From positions 1 through 48,532 of the IMG/VR virus record IMGVR_UViG_3300031860_000003: a DNA stretch of 48,532 nt. One strand, 5' to 3'. The notes beneath the pieces were generated by a model. The model was not told where the DNA came from. It worked only from the letters and a program-made list of their open reading frames with translations, and searched no databases. Source of the stretch: a virus. Lineage: Duplodnaviria > Caudoviricetes. Below, piece by piece: positions 22,492 to 32,078 of this stretch (within the stretch, counting starts at the first letter, position 1; each line of letters starts with the position of its first letter). The position numbers were made by a program, and so were the translations under genes.

Positions 22492-23129
22492 ATCTCGGCG
22501 TCGCCCGGATCCAGCGAGGCCGCGCCGAAGTAGTTGCCGCCCCGGGCGGCCTGCTCGTCGACGGCGGCCAAGTCCTGAATCTCCAGGTGCTCGGGCACCT
22601 CGGCTCCCTCCATCGCGTACACCGAGTGGAACTCGTCGTGCTCGCCCAGGTAGCGTTCGTAGGCCTCGTTGCCCTCGTACTGCGCCGGCAGCGGGTCGGA
22701 ACCGACCGTGGCCAGCGCCTTGAGCAGGGTGGCGTTCAGGTCGTCGTCGACGCGGGCGGCCGCATTGCCGGGCTTCACCCGGCCGCGGGCGCGGATGTTC
22801 TCGGTGTTGTTGGACACCTGGTAGACGTAGATCGCGCCCTTCGTGATGGCCGCCGCATTGGCTTCGTTCGCGATCTCCTCGCAGCGCTGGTCGACCATCG
22901 CGGTGATCTCCGGGCTGTGCATGATCATCCGGAAGTAATCGGGGTTGATCTGCAGCACGATGCCCCCGCCCAGGTCCCACGAGATCGGCATGGACTCATC
23001 GGAGCGCCGTTCGAGCACCAGCTCGCCCTCGTGTTCCAGGACGATCTCGGCGCCCTCGGCGGTGAAGAAGGCTTTCTCGGCGTCGCCGCCCCAGCTGGGC
23101 AAATCGCCGAACAGCCGCGGCTCGGTCAT
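22488..23129 (-). CDS. Neck protein (HK97 gp10-like position)
   Basis: ATGA-coupled; RARGRVKP...TLLKAL motif; synteny. Confidence 0.6.
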   Translation of the reverse strand: MTEPRLFGDLPSWGGDAEKAFFTAEGAEIVLEHEGELVLERRSDESMPISWDLGGGIVLQINPDYFRMIMHSPEITAMVDQRCEEIANEANAAAITKGAIYVYQVSNNTENIRARGRVKPGNAAARVDDDLNATLLKALATVGSDPLPAQYEGNEAYERYLGEHDEFHSVYAMEGAEVPEHLEIQDLAAVDEQAARGGNYFGAASLDPGDAEI

Positions 23130-23587
23130 GTCACCCTCCTGATCTTGACGATGCCGCCGAACTGCATGGTCAGCCGCGGCCACGGTGACATCCGGTCCTC
23201 GGCCGGGTCGCCGTCGACGAAGTAGGCGATGCCGTTGGGCGACCCGTCGGCGGTGGTGGGCTCGTAGTAGTAGTTGCCGTCGGCGTCCTTCGGCAGGTCG
23301 GCGAACAGGATGATCTGATCGCCCGCCTGATACAGCGTCGGGTCGGGCACGCTCATGTGCAGGATCGTCTCGGCGCGTTCCTGGAACTCCGCGCCCATCA
23401 CCAGGTGGCTGGAGCCGCGCCGGCCGAACTGGGAGATGTCGTAGAAGTCGCGGACCACCGGAGGGTCCTCCACCACCACGTAGTTCTGGTGCTCGTCGAG
23501 CTGGGTGGCGTCCTCCCAGCGGGCGATGTGCACGCACTGCCAGGGCGTGGTGGTGAACGGGCGGCTCACCCACGGTTTGGTGGGCAT
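23126..23587 (-). CDS. Head-to-tail stopper
   Basis: DEHQN, YFVDGDPAED...GGIVKIRRVT pattern; synteny. Confidence 0.75.
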   Translation of the reverse strand: MPTKPWVSRPFTTTPWQCVHIARWEDATQLDEHQNYVVVEDPPVVRDFYDISQFGRRGSSHLVMGAEFQERAETILHMSVPDPTLYQAGDQIILFADLPKDADGNYYYEPTTADGSPNGIAYFVDGDPAEDRMSPWPRLTMQFGGIVKIRRVT

Positions 23588-24204
23588 CAGATCACCGTGG
23601 GCAGCCGGTACGGCGAGAGCCGGTTCTTCTGGTCGGCGGACAGCGTGGCGCCGTAGGCCTGCATCAGCGACAGCCTAAATCCCGGGGTCTGGATCTCCTT
23701 GACGTTGCCGGCCGACACCTCGGTGGTGGTGGTGGTCAGCTCGTAGGCGACCTCCTTGACCGGGGTCGGCACCTCGGGGAAGCCGCTGTTGCACGCCACC
23801 GTCGCATACCCGAACTGGTATATCGGCAGGAACGACCAGTTGTCGGGACCGTAGTAGTAACCGGCGTACTGCGTCCACTGCTGCACGGAGGTCGGCTCGA
23901 TCACCCCGTAGTCGAACCAGGTGTACTGCGTCGGGTCCAGCAGCCACGGGTTCTCCCCGTTGGGGTCCTGGATGGTCACCGACGCCACGTCGGTGACAAA
24001 CGTCGAGGGCACCTGGATGATGCCCTTGGACTGGATCGGCAGGTTGGGGATGGTCAGCGCCAGGTTGGGGTAGATGTGCCAGCCGCAGTAGACGCGGATC
24101 GCCTCGCCGGCGACATGCAGGAACCAGTCCGGGTCCTGGTTCTGGAACTTCAGCCAATCCGGGTCGGCGGGGTCGAGCAGGTCGGGCGGCTGGGGAACGG
24201 TCAC
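23587..24204 (-). CDS. Head-to-tail adaptor
   Basis: AIRVYCGWHIYP, SGFPEVP and LSPYRL motifs. Confidence 0.8.
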   Translation of the reverse strand: MTVPQPPDLLDPADPDWLKFQNQDPDWFLHVAGEAIRVYCGWHIYPNLALTIPNLPIQSKGIIQVPSTFVTDVASVTIQDPNGENPWLLDPTQYTWFDYGVIEPTSVQQWTQYAGYYYGPDNWSFLPIYQFGYATVACNSGFPEVPTPVKEVAYELTTTTTEVSAGNVKEIQTPGFRLSLMQAYGATLSADQKNRLSPYRLPTVI

Positions 24205-24206
24205 GG

Positions 24207-24713
24207 CTACCCCTCTAGCGCATCGCGGAGCTTCTCTTGCAGGTCGGCCTTGCGGTCCTCATGGGTGTGTTCGATGCCCAGGCTGTCCAGCTCGGTGCGC
24301 AGCTCGGCCACCGTCAGCGACTCCACGTCGAACACCTCGGCCTGGGGCTCGGGCTCGGGCTCGGCCTCGGGTTCTTCCTCGTCGGCGACCTGTTCCTCGG
24401 TGGGCCCGTCGTCGTCGATCTCGACGACGTCGGCCTCGGCGAGCAGCTCGCCGGTCATCGCGTCCACCAGGTCGATCAACTCGTCGTCATCGCTGACCTC
24501 GCACTCGGCGGCCAGCGCCGCCAGCCCCTCGGGCACCTCCTCGTCGGCTTCCTCGAACGCCTTGACCCGTTCCAGTAGGGCGCGGGCCCGCGCCGCCTCG
24601 ACGTCACGCACATAGAGACCGCCCTCCGGTGGTGGTGAGATCCGGCCGGCCTTGCCCGCGACGATCTCCACCTCCCTGGGGGCGACCGCCTTGGATTCAC
24701 GACCTACAGCCAT
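24207..24713 (-). CDS. Acidic protein with C-terminal HeH/Rho-N-like helical domain
   Basis: LTVAELRTELDSLGIE...RKADL; TATCCT 6 nt before the ATG suggests a leaderless mRNA. Confidence 0.65.
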   Translation of the reverse strand: MAVGRESKAVAPREVEIVAGKAGRISPPPEGGLYVRDVEAARARALLERVKAFEEADEEVPEGLAALAAECEVSDDDELIDLVDAMTGELLAEADVVEIDDDGPTEEQVADEEEPEAEPEPEPQAEVFDVESLTVAELRTELDSLGIEHTHEDRKADLQEKLRDALEG

Positions 24714-24785
24714 GACGGCAGGATATGTGCGAGCGGGCCGATCATCCGCGCGGCGCGCCGCAGCGGGGTACGGTAAGGCGGTTAC

Positions 24786-24855
24786 GGCAAGGTTCGGCGA
24801 GGCGCGGCCTGGTAGGGCACGGCTAGGCATGGCACGGCTCGGCTGGGTTTGGCAA
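24786..24855 (+). repeat. GGY-NN pentamer array 1 (14 perfect units)
   Basis: GGCAA GGTTC GGCGA GGCGC GGCCT GGTAG GGCAC GGCTA GGCAT GGCAC GGCTC GGCTG GGTTT GGCAA. Confidence 0.9.
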
Positions 24856-24858
24856 GGG

Positions 24859-24893
24859 GAAGCCCCCGGTGTAAACCGGGGGCTTCGCCTTTG
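24859..24893. terminator. 12-bp hairpin, probably a bidirectional terminator
   Basis: GAAGCCCCCGGT-GTAA-ACCGGGGGCTTC; follows the capsid stop on minus and array 1 on plus; short U tails. Confidence 0.75.
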
Positions 24894-24898
24894 CTGGA

Positions 24899-26350
24899 TC
24901 AGAAGGTCGGAGCCGTGAGGCCCGTGATCTCGACCACTGACTGCGGGTAACGACCTGCGGAAAAGGCCAGGTAGTTGTAAATCTGCAACAGCACCGTGAG
25001 GTTCGTGGCCAGTGTTTCCGGCAGCACGCGGGCGCGGATGCCGGATTCCCATAGAACTAGATCGCTGGCTCGCAAAACATAAATTAAATCTTGATTGCCT
25101 GGCGACCCACCGGCGGTGGTGGTGATGTTCGGATCGGTCACGACCGGCAGACCGTGCATCTGTCCCACCACCTGCTGGCTTGCCACGTCGCTCAGCACAC
25201 CGCCGACGTTCATCGGGGAGTTCGCCGCTGGCAGGAACAGCGGGCGCTCCTGGTTGTCCAGCAGGCTCAGGAACCAGCCCCACCGGACCGGGTGCATGAC
25301 GATCACCTCGGGTGGCAGGAAGCGCTGGGTGTGGACCAGCTGGATCGCGTTGGCGATCGCCGAGTACACGCCCTGAATCGTCACGGCGCTCGCGGCCACC
25401 GTGAGGATTCCCGGCGTGTTGTTGACGCCCAAAACCTGACCGCCGGTGCCCGAACCGGCAAGCACCTGGGTGTCGGTCGACGCGGCGTGCGCGGCCACCA
25501 GGTCGCGGAACACCACATCGTCGAAAGCGATCGGGCTCTGGTCGATCAACTGGATCGAAACCCCTTGCGCGCCAGCGATTGTCCGCACTGGAGCGTTGAT
25601 GAAGGTGTCGGTCAAATCGACCTTGGCGATAGCGGTGTTGTCGGCGGTCTGTACGCCAACTGCGGTACCAGTCAACAACTTTGGAATGTTGATGCTGTCC
25701 GTTCCGCCGGGCAATGCCTGGCGTTGCACCAGGTTGGCGAAAGCCCTACCGGGACGGGCCAATTCGATGTACTGGTCCATCAGCCACGCCGGCGGAACAG
25801 CGTAGCCGCCCTGGCCGTCGACCCGGCTGATGTCACGGTACTCCTTGAAGGAGTCATCGCTGGCCACGTCTTGGGCGTGGCGCATCAGCCGGCCACGGGC
25901 TTCGCCGTCGCCGTCGAGGTTGCACGTCATCTTCACGAGGTCGGTGACGTAGCTGCTGCGCCGGTCGCCCTTCTGGTAGGTCAGCTGCTCCTTGACCTGG
26001 ATGCGGGCGTCCTTGGCCTTGCGGATGCCGGCCAGGTTCTTGGCGATCTGCCCGGAACGTTCCACCTCGGCGCGGATCTCGTTGATCCTCTCGTCGAGGC
26101 CGATGACCTCGGCGCCCTGGGTCCGCATGTCGCCCATGTACTTGCGGTACTCGGCGTCCTCCTCGAGCTCCAGCTTCTCGCGGCCCTGCTCGCGGGCCAG
26201 CAGGAGTACGGCTTCGGCCTTCTGCTGGGAGCGGGCGCGATTCTCGGCAGTGGACTCGCGCCGCTTGAGCAACTGGTCGAGGAAGTCCTCGAGGCCGCCC
26301 GCGGGCGGCACCATGAGGTCCCGCCGTTCTTGAATCTCGGTCATGTTCAT
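24899..26350 (-). CDS. Major capsid protein (HK97 fold, N-terminal coiled-coil delta domain)
   Basis: GGYAVPPAWL, TIAGAQGVSIQLIDQS and GLPVVTDPNI motifs. Confidence 0.93.
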   Translation of the reverse strand: MNMTEIQERRDLMVPPAGGLEDFLDQLLKRRESTAENRARSQQKAEAVLLLAREQGREKLELEEDAEYRKYMGDMRTQGAEVIGLDERINEIRAEVERSGQIAKNLAGIRKAKDARIQVKEQLTYQKGDRRSSYVTDLVKMTCNLDGDGEARGRLMRHAQDVASDDSFKEYRDISRVDGQGGYAVPPAWLMDQYIELARPGRAFANLVQRQALPGGTDSINIPKLLTGTAVGVQTADNTAIAKVDLTDTFINAPVRTIAGAQGVSIQLIDQSPIAFDDVVFRDLVAAHAASTDTQVLAGSGTGGQVLGVNNTPGILTVAASAVTIQGVYSAIANAIQLVHTQRFLPPEVIVMHPVRWGWFLSLLDNQERPLFLPAANSPMNVGGVLSDVASQQVVGQMHGLPVVTDPNITTTAGGSPGNQDLIYVLRASDLVLWESGIRARVLPETLATNLTVLLQIYNYLAFSAGRYPQSVVEITGLTAPTF

Positions 26351-26577
26351 GACTCTCTTTGGTGTGGGCCCGTTTTCGGGCATAGACAGGGAAGGACGTG
26401 GCTCGAACTGGGCGGATAGCTCGTCACCGGTCCGCTGCGATGGAGGGCTCGTCGCCGCATCACCGGAGCTACTGGCCCGAACCCGGCGGCCGACCGGGCA
26501 CATGACCTGACCAGGATCGTAGGCGCAGATTTTCCGTGGTCGGCGGCGCGACACGCGGAGTGTCCGTGCGTGGACAC

Positions 26578-26760
26578 TCAGACCAGGTCTTTGACCGGCC
26601 CCCAGATCGGGAGTCTCCACCACGGCGGCAACCAGCCGACCCAGCGGATGCCGTCCAGATACGCGGCGATCTGCTCCTCGGTCCAGCCCTTGCCGCGCAG
26701 CCAGCCGCCCTTCTCCGCGCGGGCCTCCGCGATGATCTGCTCGCGGGTGCGCTCACTCAT
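26578..26760 (-). CDS. Hypothetical protein (60 aa)
   Basis: Fills the operon between protease and capsid. Confidence 0.5.
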   Translation of the reverse strand: MSERTREQIIAEARAEKGGWLRGKGWTEEQIAAYLDGIRWVGWLPPWWRLPIWGPVKDLV

Positions 26761-26899
26761 CAGCGGCGACCGCGGCGATGGCGGCGTCCTGGGCGGCCCG
26801 CAGATCGGGAACCACGGCGTCGTCGTCGGCCGGGATCACGGTGATCTCCACGCCGCCGCCGGGTGCCACCTTGGCCACCACCTGGCCTACGTCGGGCAT
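26753..26899 (-). CDS. Hypothetical protein (48 aa, MPDVGQVVAKV...)
   Basis: TGATG overlap with the protease stop; high GC3. Confidence 0.55.
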   Translation of the reverse strand: MPDVGQVVAKVAPGGGVEITVIPADDDAVVPDLRAAQDAAIAAVAADE

Positions 26900-28632
26900 C
26901 ACGATGCCGGCTTCATCACGTCGGCGTAGCCGGACTTGGCGATCGCGCGCAGTCCCTCACTCACGGTGATGGTGTCAGGGTCGCCGAACTCGCTGCGCAA
27001 CTCCTCCAGCTTCTTGGAGATGTCGATATCCTTGCCGGGGATGTGCTGCAGGTCGCGGACCTGCCGGCGCGCCCGGGCCAGCATGTTGCGGATGTCCTTG
27101 TCGCCGATCGCCTCGGCCATCTCATAGCAGGTGACGATCGTCTTCTCCAGTGCGGCGGCCAGCGACAGGTCGATCGGCTCGGAACGCTTATCGTCGTCGT
27201 CCTCGTCGCCGTCGGGCTCCTTGTCGTCACCGTCGTCGTCGCGTTCCTCGTCGTCACCGGCGTCGGCGCGATCGTCGTCGTCGTCGGAGCCGAACGGCTT
27301 GGCCTGCTTGCCGCCGAAGTTGTCGGCCTGGCGCTCGTCGGTGCCGTCCATTGCGTTCTCCTCGCTTCCGTGGTCGGGACAGGTGTCGCCGGGGCAGCGG
27401 TCCCCGCCCGGGCAGACTTCGTCGTTGGCCAGCAGCCACAGCGCGTACTGCTGCTTGGTGTATGCCTCGTCGTGCGCGTCGTAGCCGCCCTTGGGCCCCA
27501 CGCCGACCACGTCGGCGCCCGGTGCCACGTCGGGACGCCCGCCCAGCGTCTCGTCGTAGTCGGACGGGTAGCCCTTGGTGTAGGGCTGGTCCTGGCCGGT
27601 GCTGGCCACGGTGTCGGGCGCCCAGGTGTAGGGCTGGGAGAACGCCCGCCCGCCGTCGCCCGGAACCGACCAGGCCTTGGGCGCGGGCTTGATCAAAGCC
27701 TTCTTGTCGCTGTCGTCGCTGATCTCCACGCCGAACTGCTTGGCGGCCGCACGGATCTTGCCCATGATCGCCGACTGCTGCTCGGAGGTGTAGCGGCCCT
27801 TGTTCTGCGCGAACCGGGCGGCGGCGTTACGCACCCGCGCCGCGGAGTTCAGCGGGTAACGCTTCTTGCCGTTGCCGTCCTTGGCCGGCTTGCCCGCGCT
27901 GTCCAGGTAGCCGGGGTCGGCGAAGTTGGACACGCCGGCGTACTTCTTCGGGGTGCTCGCGCGGATGCCACCGCCGACGATGCGCTGGAGCACGTCCACG
28001 GCGCTGCGGATCTGGCCCGGGTCCATCTTGCTGCGGATCTCCACGAGCTCCTTGTTGGACAGCGACGCCAGTGCGCCCACGGCCTCGGTCACCCGCGCCG
28101 CGGTGTTCGGGTTCATCCCGTAGTTGACCACGCTGACATCGCCCTTGCGCAGGTCGACCTCGGTGATCATCCGGTGGGTGTAATCGCTCGACCAGTCGTG
28201 CGCCCGGACGTGGAAGGCGAAGCTCATCTCGTCCATGTCGCCGCGCTTCATCTTCGGCAGCAGTCGCTGCACATCGGGGTCGCTGGGGTCCAGATCGGCG
28301 CGCACCAGCAGACCGTGGTCGTCGACGCGCAACTGCAGCGTGCCGCTCTTGGTGCGCGCCAGCGGCATGTCGGTGTGGTTGATCAGCAGCATCACGTCGG
28401 GGTTGCCGGCCAGGGTGGTGTCGAACGCGCGGGTGTGCAGCTGCTCCACCCAGCCGCCGGCACGCGGGCCGCCGTGCACGTCGTACTCGTGGAAGGTCGA
28501 CGCGTAGCCCTCCAGGATGATGTGCCCGGACAGGGCGTCGGTCCGCATCTCCAGCGGGGAGGCCATGCGGCGGCTTTCGCGGACATCGAGGATCTTCTCC
28601 CGGGTGCGCCGCTCCTCCAGGGTGGTCGTCAT
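26899..28632 (-). CDS. HK97-family prohead protease with long C-terminal extension
   Basis: LEGYASTF, LINH, EMSFAF and GDVSVVNYGMNP motifs. Confidence 0.9.
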   Translation of the reverse strand: MTTTLEERRTREKILDVRESRRMASPLEMRTDALSGHIILEGYASTFHEYDVHGGPRAGGWVEQLHTRAFDTTLAGNPDVMLLINHTDMPLARTKSGTLQLRVDDHGLLVRADLDPSDPDVQRLLPKMKRGDMDEMSFAFHVRAHDWSSDYTHRMITEVDLRKGDVSVVNYGMNPNTAARVTEAVGALASLSNKELVEIRSKMDPGQIRSAVDVLQRIVGGGIRASTPKKYAGVSNFADPGYLDSAGKPAKDGNGKKRYPLNSAARVRNAAARFAQNKGRYTSEQQSAIMGKIRAAAKQFGVEISDDSDKKALIKPAPKAWSVPGDGGRAFSQPYTWAPDTVASTGQDQPYTKGYPSDYDETLGGRPDVAPGADVVGVGPKGGYDAHDEAYTKQQYALWLLANDEVCPGGDRCPGDTCPDHGSEENAMDGTDERQADNFGGKQAKPFGSDDDDDRADAGDDEERDDDGDDKEPDGDEDDDDKRSEPIDLSLAAALEKTIVTCYEMAEAIGDKDIRNMLARARRQVRDLQHIPGKDIDISKKLEELRSEFGDPDTITVSEGLRAIAKSGYADVMKPAS

Positions 28633-28652
28633 CGCTGTACCTCCAGTTGCGG

Positions 28653-30014
28653 TTAGGTTCTCATCAGAAAGCTGCGGCCGTTGCGAGGCGCGCCGTCGTC
28701 CTGCGGCTCGTCTTCGTCCTCGTCCTCGCCGCCGTCCTTCTCGCCGCCGGCGATCGGCGGCTGCGGGAAGCGGTCGCCACCCGGCGACGGCGGCGGCGGC
28801 GGGTTGTTGAGTGCGGGCGGGGTGCCGGCGGGCATCATCCGGTTGGAGATGTAGAGCACGTCTCCGCCCTTGACCGGGTCCATCTCCTCGCGGGCCCGGA
28901 CCTCGTTGGCGGTCATGAACGCGTTGGTGGTCTGCCCGCCCAGCGCCTTGGCGTAGGCGGCGTAGCGGCCCTCGATGTCACCGCGCAGCAGCGCGTCGTA
29001 GTCGAACTGCACGTACTGTCCTCCCGGTAGGCACGCGGATACGATCGACTCGACGCAGGACGTCCAGGCGCGGAACGTGAAAGTGATTGCACCCAAAGTG
29101 ATTTGCTCGACACCGGTTCCCCAAGCAGTGGTCTCTTTCGTGTCTCCGATCAGGATCGGCGGCACCCCGTACATCAGGCAAATCTCGGAGCGCTGGAACT
29201 GGCGCGTGGCCAAGAACTGACTTTCCTCGGGACTGATACTCAGGTTCTCCCACTTGAACCCGTTGGTCAGCACCGCGGGCAGGCGGCGCCCACCGTGCGA
29301 CGCGATCCAGTTCTTCTGCTGGCGGGTGACCGCCTTCTCATCCAGGTCCTGCTCGGTGAACAGGATCCCGGACGGGTTGGCGCTCTCCTTGAAGTAGCGG
29401 TAGCCGTACTCCTCGGCGCCCAGGCTCATCCCGATCGCGACCGCGGCCTGCTTTATCGGACTCAGGCCCCAGGGCTCGCCGGGCATGGTGAACCGGCGGA
29501 TGTGGATCATGTCCTTGGTGGGCATCTGCTCACCCATCACCCGGTAGATCGGGTCGAACCACAGCAGCAGATCGGGGCGGCGCTCGAGGAACACCACGTC
29601 GGGATGCAGCGGCAGCAGCGAGGTCGGGTAGCCCAGCTTGTCGCGGCTGGTGATCAGGTGATAGCTGTTGCCGCGCAACGCCATCGACGCGATCACCATC
29701 CACTTCCACTGGTAGAGGTCGAAGCCCGGGAACGGGGCCCGCAGGATCGCCGGCTGCGGCTTGACCTCCTTGGGCACCCCCTTGGAGTCGCGCCGGTAGG
29801 CCTTCCACGGCAGGCTCGCGATGGTGTCGGCCAGCACCCGCACGCAGGCCAGCACCGTCATGCAGGCCATCGCGCGGTGCACCCCGAGGTAGTCGTCCAG
29901 CACCCCGACCTGGGGTGGCGGCACGAACGCCGAGCTGGTCAGTGTGCGCTGCTCCATACCAGCGGGGCTGACGCCGGCGCGACCGCCGGTGACGAGTCGG
30001 GCGAGGATGCTCAC
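28653..30014 (-). CDS. HK97-family portal protein
   Basis: VLACVRVLADTIASLP, LRGNSY, GLSPI, SQFLATR and MTANEVRAREEM motifs. Confidence 0.93.
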   Translation of the reverse strand: MSILARLVTGGRAGVSPAGMEQRTLTSSAFVPPPQVGVLDDYLGVHRAMACMTVLACVRVLADTIASLPWKAYRRDSKGVPKEVKPQPAILRAPFPGFDLYQWKWMVIASMALRGNSYHLITSRDKLGYPTSLLPLHPDVVFLERRPDLLLWFDPIYRVMGEQMPTKDMIHIRRFTMPGEPWGLSPIKQAAVAIGMSLGAEEYGYRYFKESANPSGILFTEQDLDEKAVTRQQKNWIASHGGRRLPAVLTNGFKWENLSISPEESQFLATRQFQRSEICLMYGVPPILIGDTKETTAWGTGVEQITLGAITFTFRAWTSCVESIVSACLPGGQYVQFDYDALLRGDIEGRYAAYAKALGGQTTNAFMTANEVRAREEMDPVKGGDVLYISNRMMPAGTPPALNNPPPPPSPGGDRFPQPPIAGGEKDGGEDEDEDEPQDDGAPRNGRSFLMRT

Positions 30015-30028
30015 GGCCGAAGTTTCCC

Positions 30029-30499
30029 CTAGCCGCTGAAGTTCCTGCTGGTCGCCACGCCGAGCAGGACCAGACACAGACCGGCAATTAAGGTGCCCAG
30101 CCAGGCGGTGATCAGGAATCCGGTGGTGATCAGCAGGCCGATTCCGACGAGCTCGAGCCCGGTGGACACCACCTCGCGGATCTCGCCGCGGCGGTCCCGG
30201 GGCGCCTTGGGCTCCTCGATGCGCCCGACCTTCATCGGCGGCGGGTTCTCCACCGTGCGTTCGCGTTCGGGCTCGCTCTTGCGCTTGCGCTTGGGTTCGA
30301 CCTTGCGTTCGGGCTCGGGCTCGGGCTGATCAGCCCACGGCGGGGCCTCCGGCGCCATCATCTCGGCGACCCGCGCCTCCTCGATGGACTCGCGCGCCAG
30401 GCCCATCGCGGCGGCCGCGGGGGCGTCCTCCTCCCGGTAGAGCCGGCCGCCGCCGCCGAACCGGGGCCGGGAGATACTACTGCTCGTTGAATCGCTCAT
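30029..30499 (-). CDS. Hypothetical membrane protein
   Basis: Two C-terminal hydrophobic helices; lies between terminase and portal. Confidence 0.6.
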   Translation of the reverse strand: MSDSTSSSISRPRFGGGGRLYREEDAPAAAAMGLARESIEEARVAEMMAPEAPPWADQPEPEPERKVEPKRKRKSEPERERTVENPPPMKVGRIEEPKAPRDRRGEIREVVSTGLELVGIGLLITTGFLITAWLGTLIAGLCLVLLGVATSRNFSG

Positions 30500-32078
30500 C
30501 GGTTTCCTTCCGCCATTCGTTGAGGGTGTCGTCGTCGGGCCACTCCCACACGGTCGGATCGCCGACCTCGGGAGGCGGGTTGTTCAGCAGCCACACCGCG
30601 CCGCAGCAGGCGATCACCGGGGAGGCGTCCACCGGGGAGGTGCGCCGGTCGAAGAACCAGGCGTCTCCGACGCGGCGTGCCGGAGTGGACGCGGCCGCGC
30701 GATCCAGCACGGGGGCCGGTCGGTGTTTGATGGACCCGTCCACGATGCCGTCGTAGAACTCCCCGGCCCCGGCCGCGAGCTGGGCCACCGGCGCGCCCCA
30801 GTCGGTGATGGTGATCCCCACCGCGCGCAGGTCGTCGGCCAGCCCGGACACCGGCGCGTTGGTCTTCTGCAGGCAGACGCCGGCGAACTTGTCCTTGCGG
30901 GTCTTCAGCCAGTCGGGCAGCCAGCCGGTGCCCTTCGGCGGGGTCTTGATCACCTCGATGTGGATCTTCCCGTCGGACCGCCGCGACGCCACCCCGACGT
31001 AGGCGCGGGTGCGGTGGTAGTTGTACTCGATGCAGGCGTAGGCCGGGGATTCGGGATCGCGCTTGGACTCCTTGTCGACGGTGTCCTGCCACGCCTGGGC
31101 CGGGATGATGCCCGGCAGCAGCGAGTCGACCCACTGGCAGAGATATTCCGTGCGGAAGCCCGGCATGTCGTCGGCTTCCATGTTCTCGAAATGCGCCCGC
31201 AGGTCGTCCAGGCAGAACTCGTTGAGCAGCCCCAGGGCCGGGTTGGCCAGATACCAGTAGCGGTCGTCGCGCGGGTCCACGTCCTCGGGCACCGACCACT
31301 CGAAGAACCCGGTCTGCGTCTCGGCGGTGTCGCCGAGCGTGATCTTGCGCACCGCGACGGTGCGCAACTCCTTGAGCTTGACGGAGCTGTTCTCCCCGGC
31401 GTTGGAGGTCGCCAGCACCTGGCTGCAGATCCGCACGTTGGTGGTCGGGGTGACCGCGTTCCAGGCGTCCGGGGTGGTGTGCGTGCGCAGCTCGTCGAGC
31501 CAGGCGAAGTCCACCGAGAGCGAGCGGCCGCCCTTCTTGTTCGCCGTCGCCGCGCGCCAGTAGCGCCGGTAGCTTAAGATCGCGCGGTGCTTACCGTTGG
31601 TGACCCGGTGATTCAGCAGCTCGGGCGCCAGCAGCGGCTGGTCGCGGATCTCGTCGACGATGTCCTTCAGGGTGGTCTCGGCGTAGTCGAGGTTCTGCGC
31701 GGCCACCACGGCCAGCCGCGCGGCCGGCCACTCCGCGCACGGCCGGCCCTTCTTGTCCATGAACAGCCGCCACAGCCCCAGCCCCATCCCCCACTTGGTC
31801 TTCCCGTTTTGCCGGGCGACCAGGATGATCAGGTAACGGAACCTGAAACCCGTTCCGTTGCGGCGCTTTTCGAGCGCCCGGTAGTACAGCCACTTCTGCC
31901 ACGGCAGCAGCTGCCACTTGAGGATGTTCTCCAGGAAGTAGCAGCACAGCGGGCCCCAGGTGGCCTCGGGGCGGATGCCGAACTCGGCGGTCTCATCGAC
32001 GTGCTCGGGCAGCGGCGGGGTGAACAGCCGCGGGAGCGTGGAACCGACATAGGGATCGGCCTGCAGGACTGCACTCAC
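30477..32078 (-). CDS. terL: Terminase large subunit
   Basis: Walker A ARQNGKT, Walker B AWLDELR, TSNAG, ANPALG and FRTEYLCQWV. Confidence 0.95.
   Translation of the reverse strand: MSAVLQADPYVGSTLPRLFTPPLPEHVDETAEFGIRPEATWGPLCCYFLENILKWQLLPWQKWLYYRALEKRRNGTGFRFRYLIILVARQNGKTKWGMGLGLWRLFMDKKGRPCAEWPAARLAVVAAQNLDYAETTLKDIVDEIRDQPLLAPELLNHRVTNGKHRAILSYRRYWRAATANKKGGRSLSVDFAWLDELRTHTTPDAWNAVTPTTNVRICSQVLATSNAGENSSVKLKELRTVAVRKITLGDTAETQTGFFEWSVPEDVDPRDDRYWYLANPALGLLNEFCLDDLRAHFENMEADDMPGFRTEYLCQWVDSLLPGIIPAQAWQDTVDKESKRDPESPAYACIEYNYHRTRAYVGVASRRSDGKIHIEVIKTPPKGTGWLPDWLKTRKDKFAGVCLQKTNAPVSGLADDLRAVGITITDWGAPVAQLAAGAGEFYDGIVDGSIKHRPAPVLDRAAASTPARRVGDAWFFDRRTSPVDASPVIACCGAVWLLNNPPPEVGDPTVWEWPDDDTLNEWRKETDERFNEQ

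Noticed and set aside
2154-31577. Long plus-strand ORFs (e.g. 6675-9695, 14947-17208, 26863-28656)
   Set aside because: Antisense shadows of high-GC genes; no motifs, and they fully overlap well-supported minus-strand genes.
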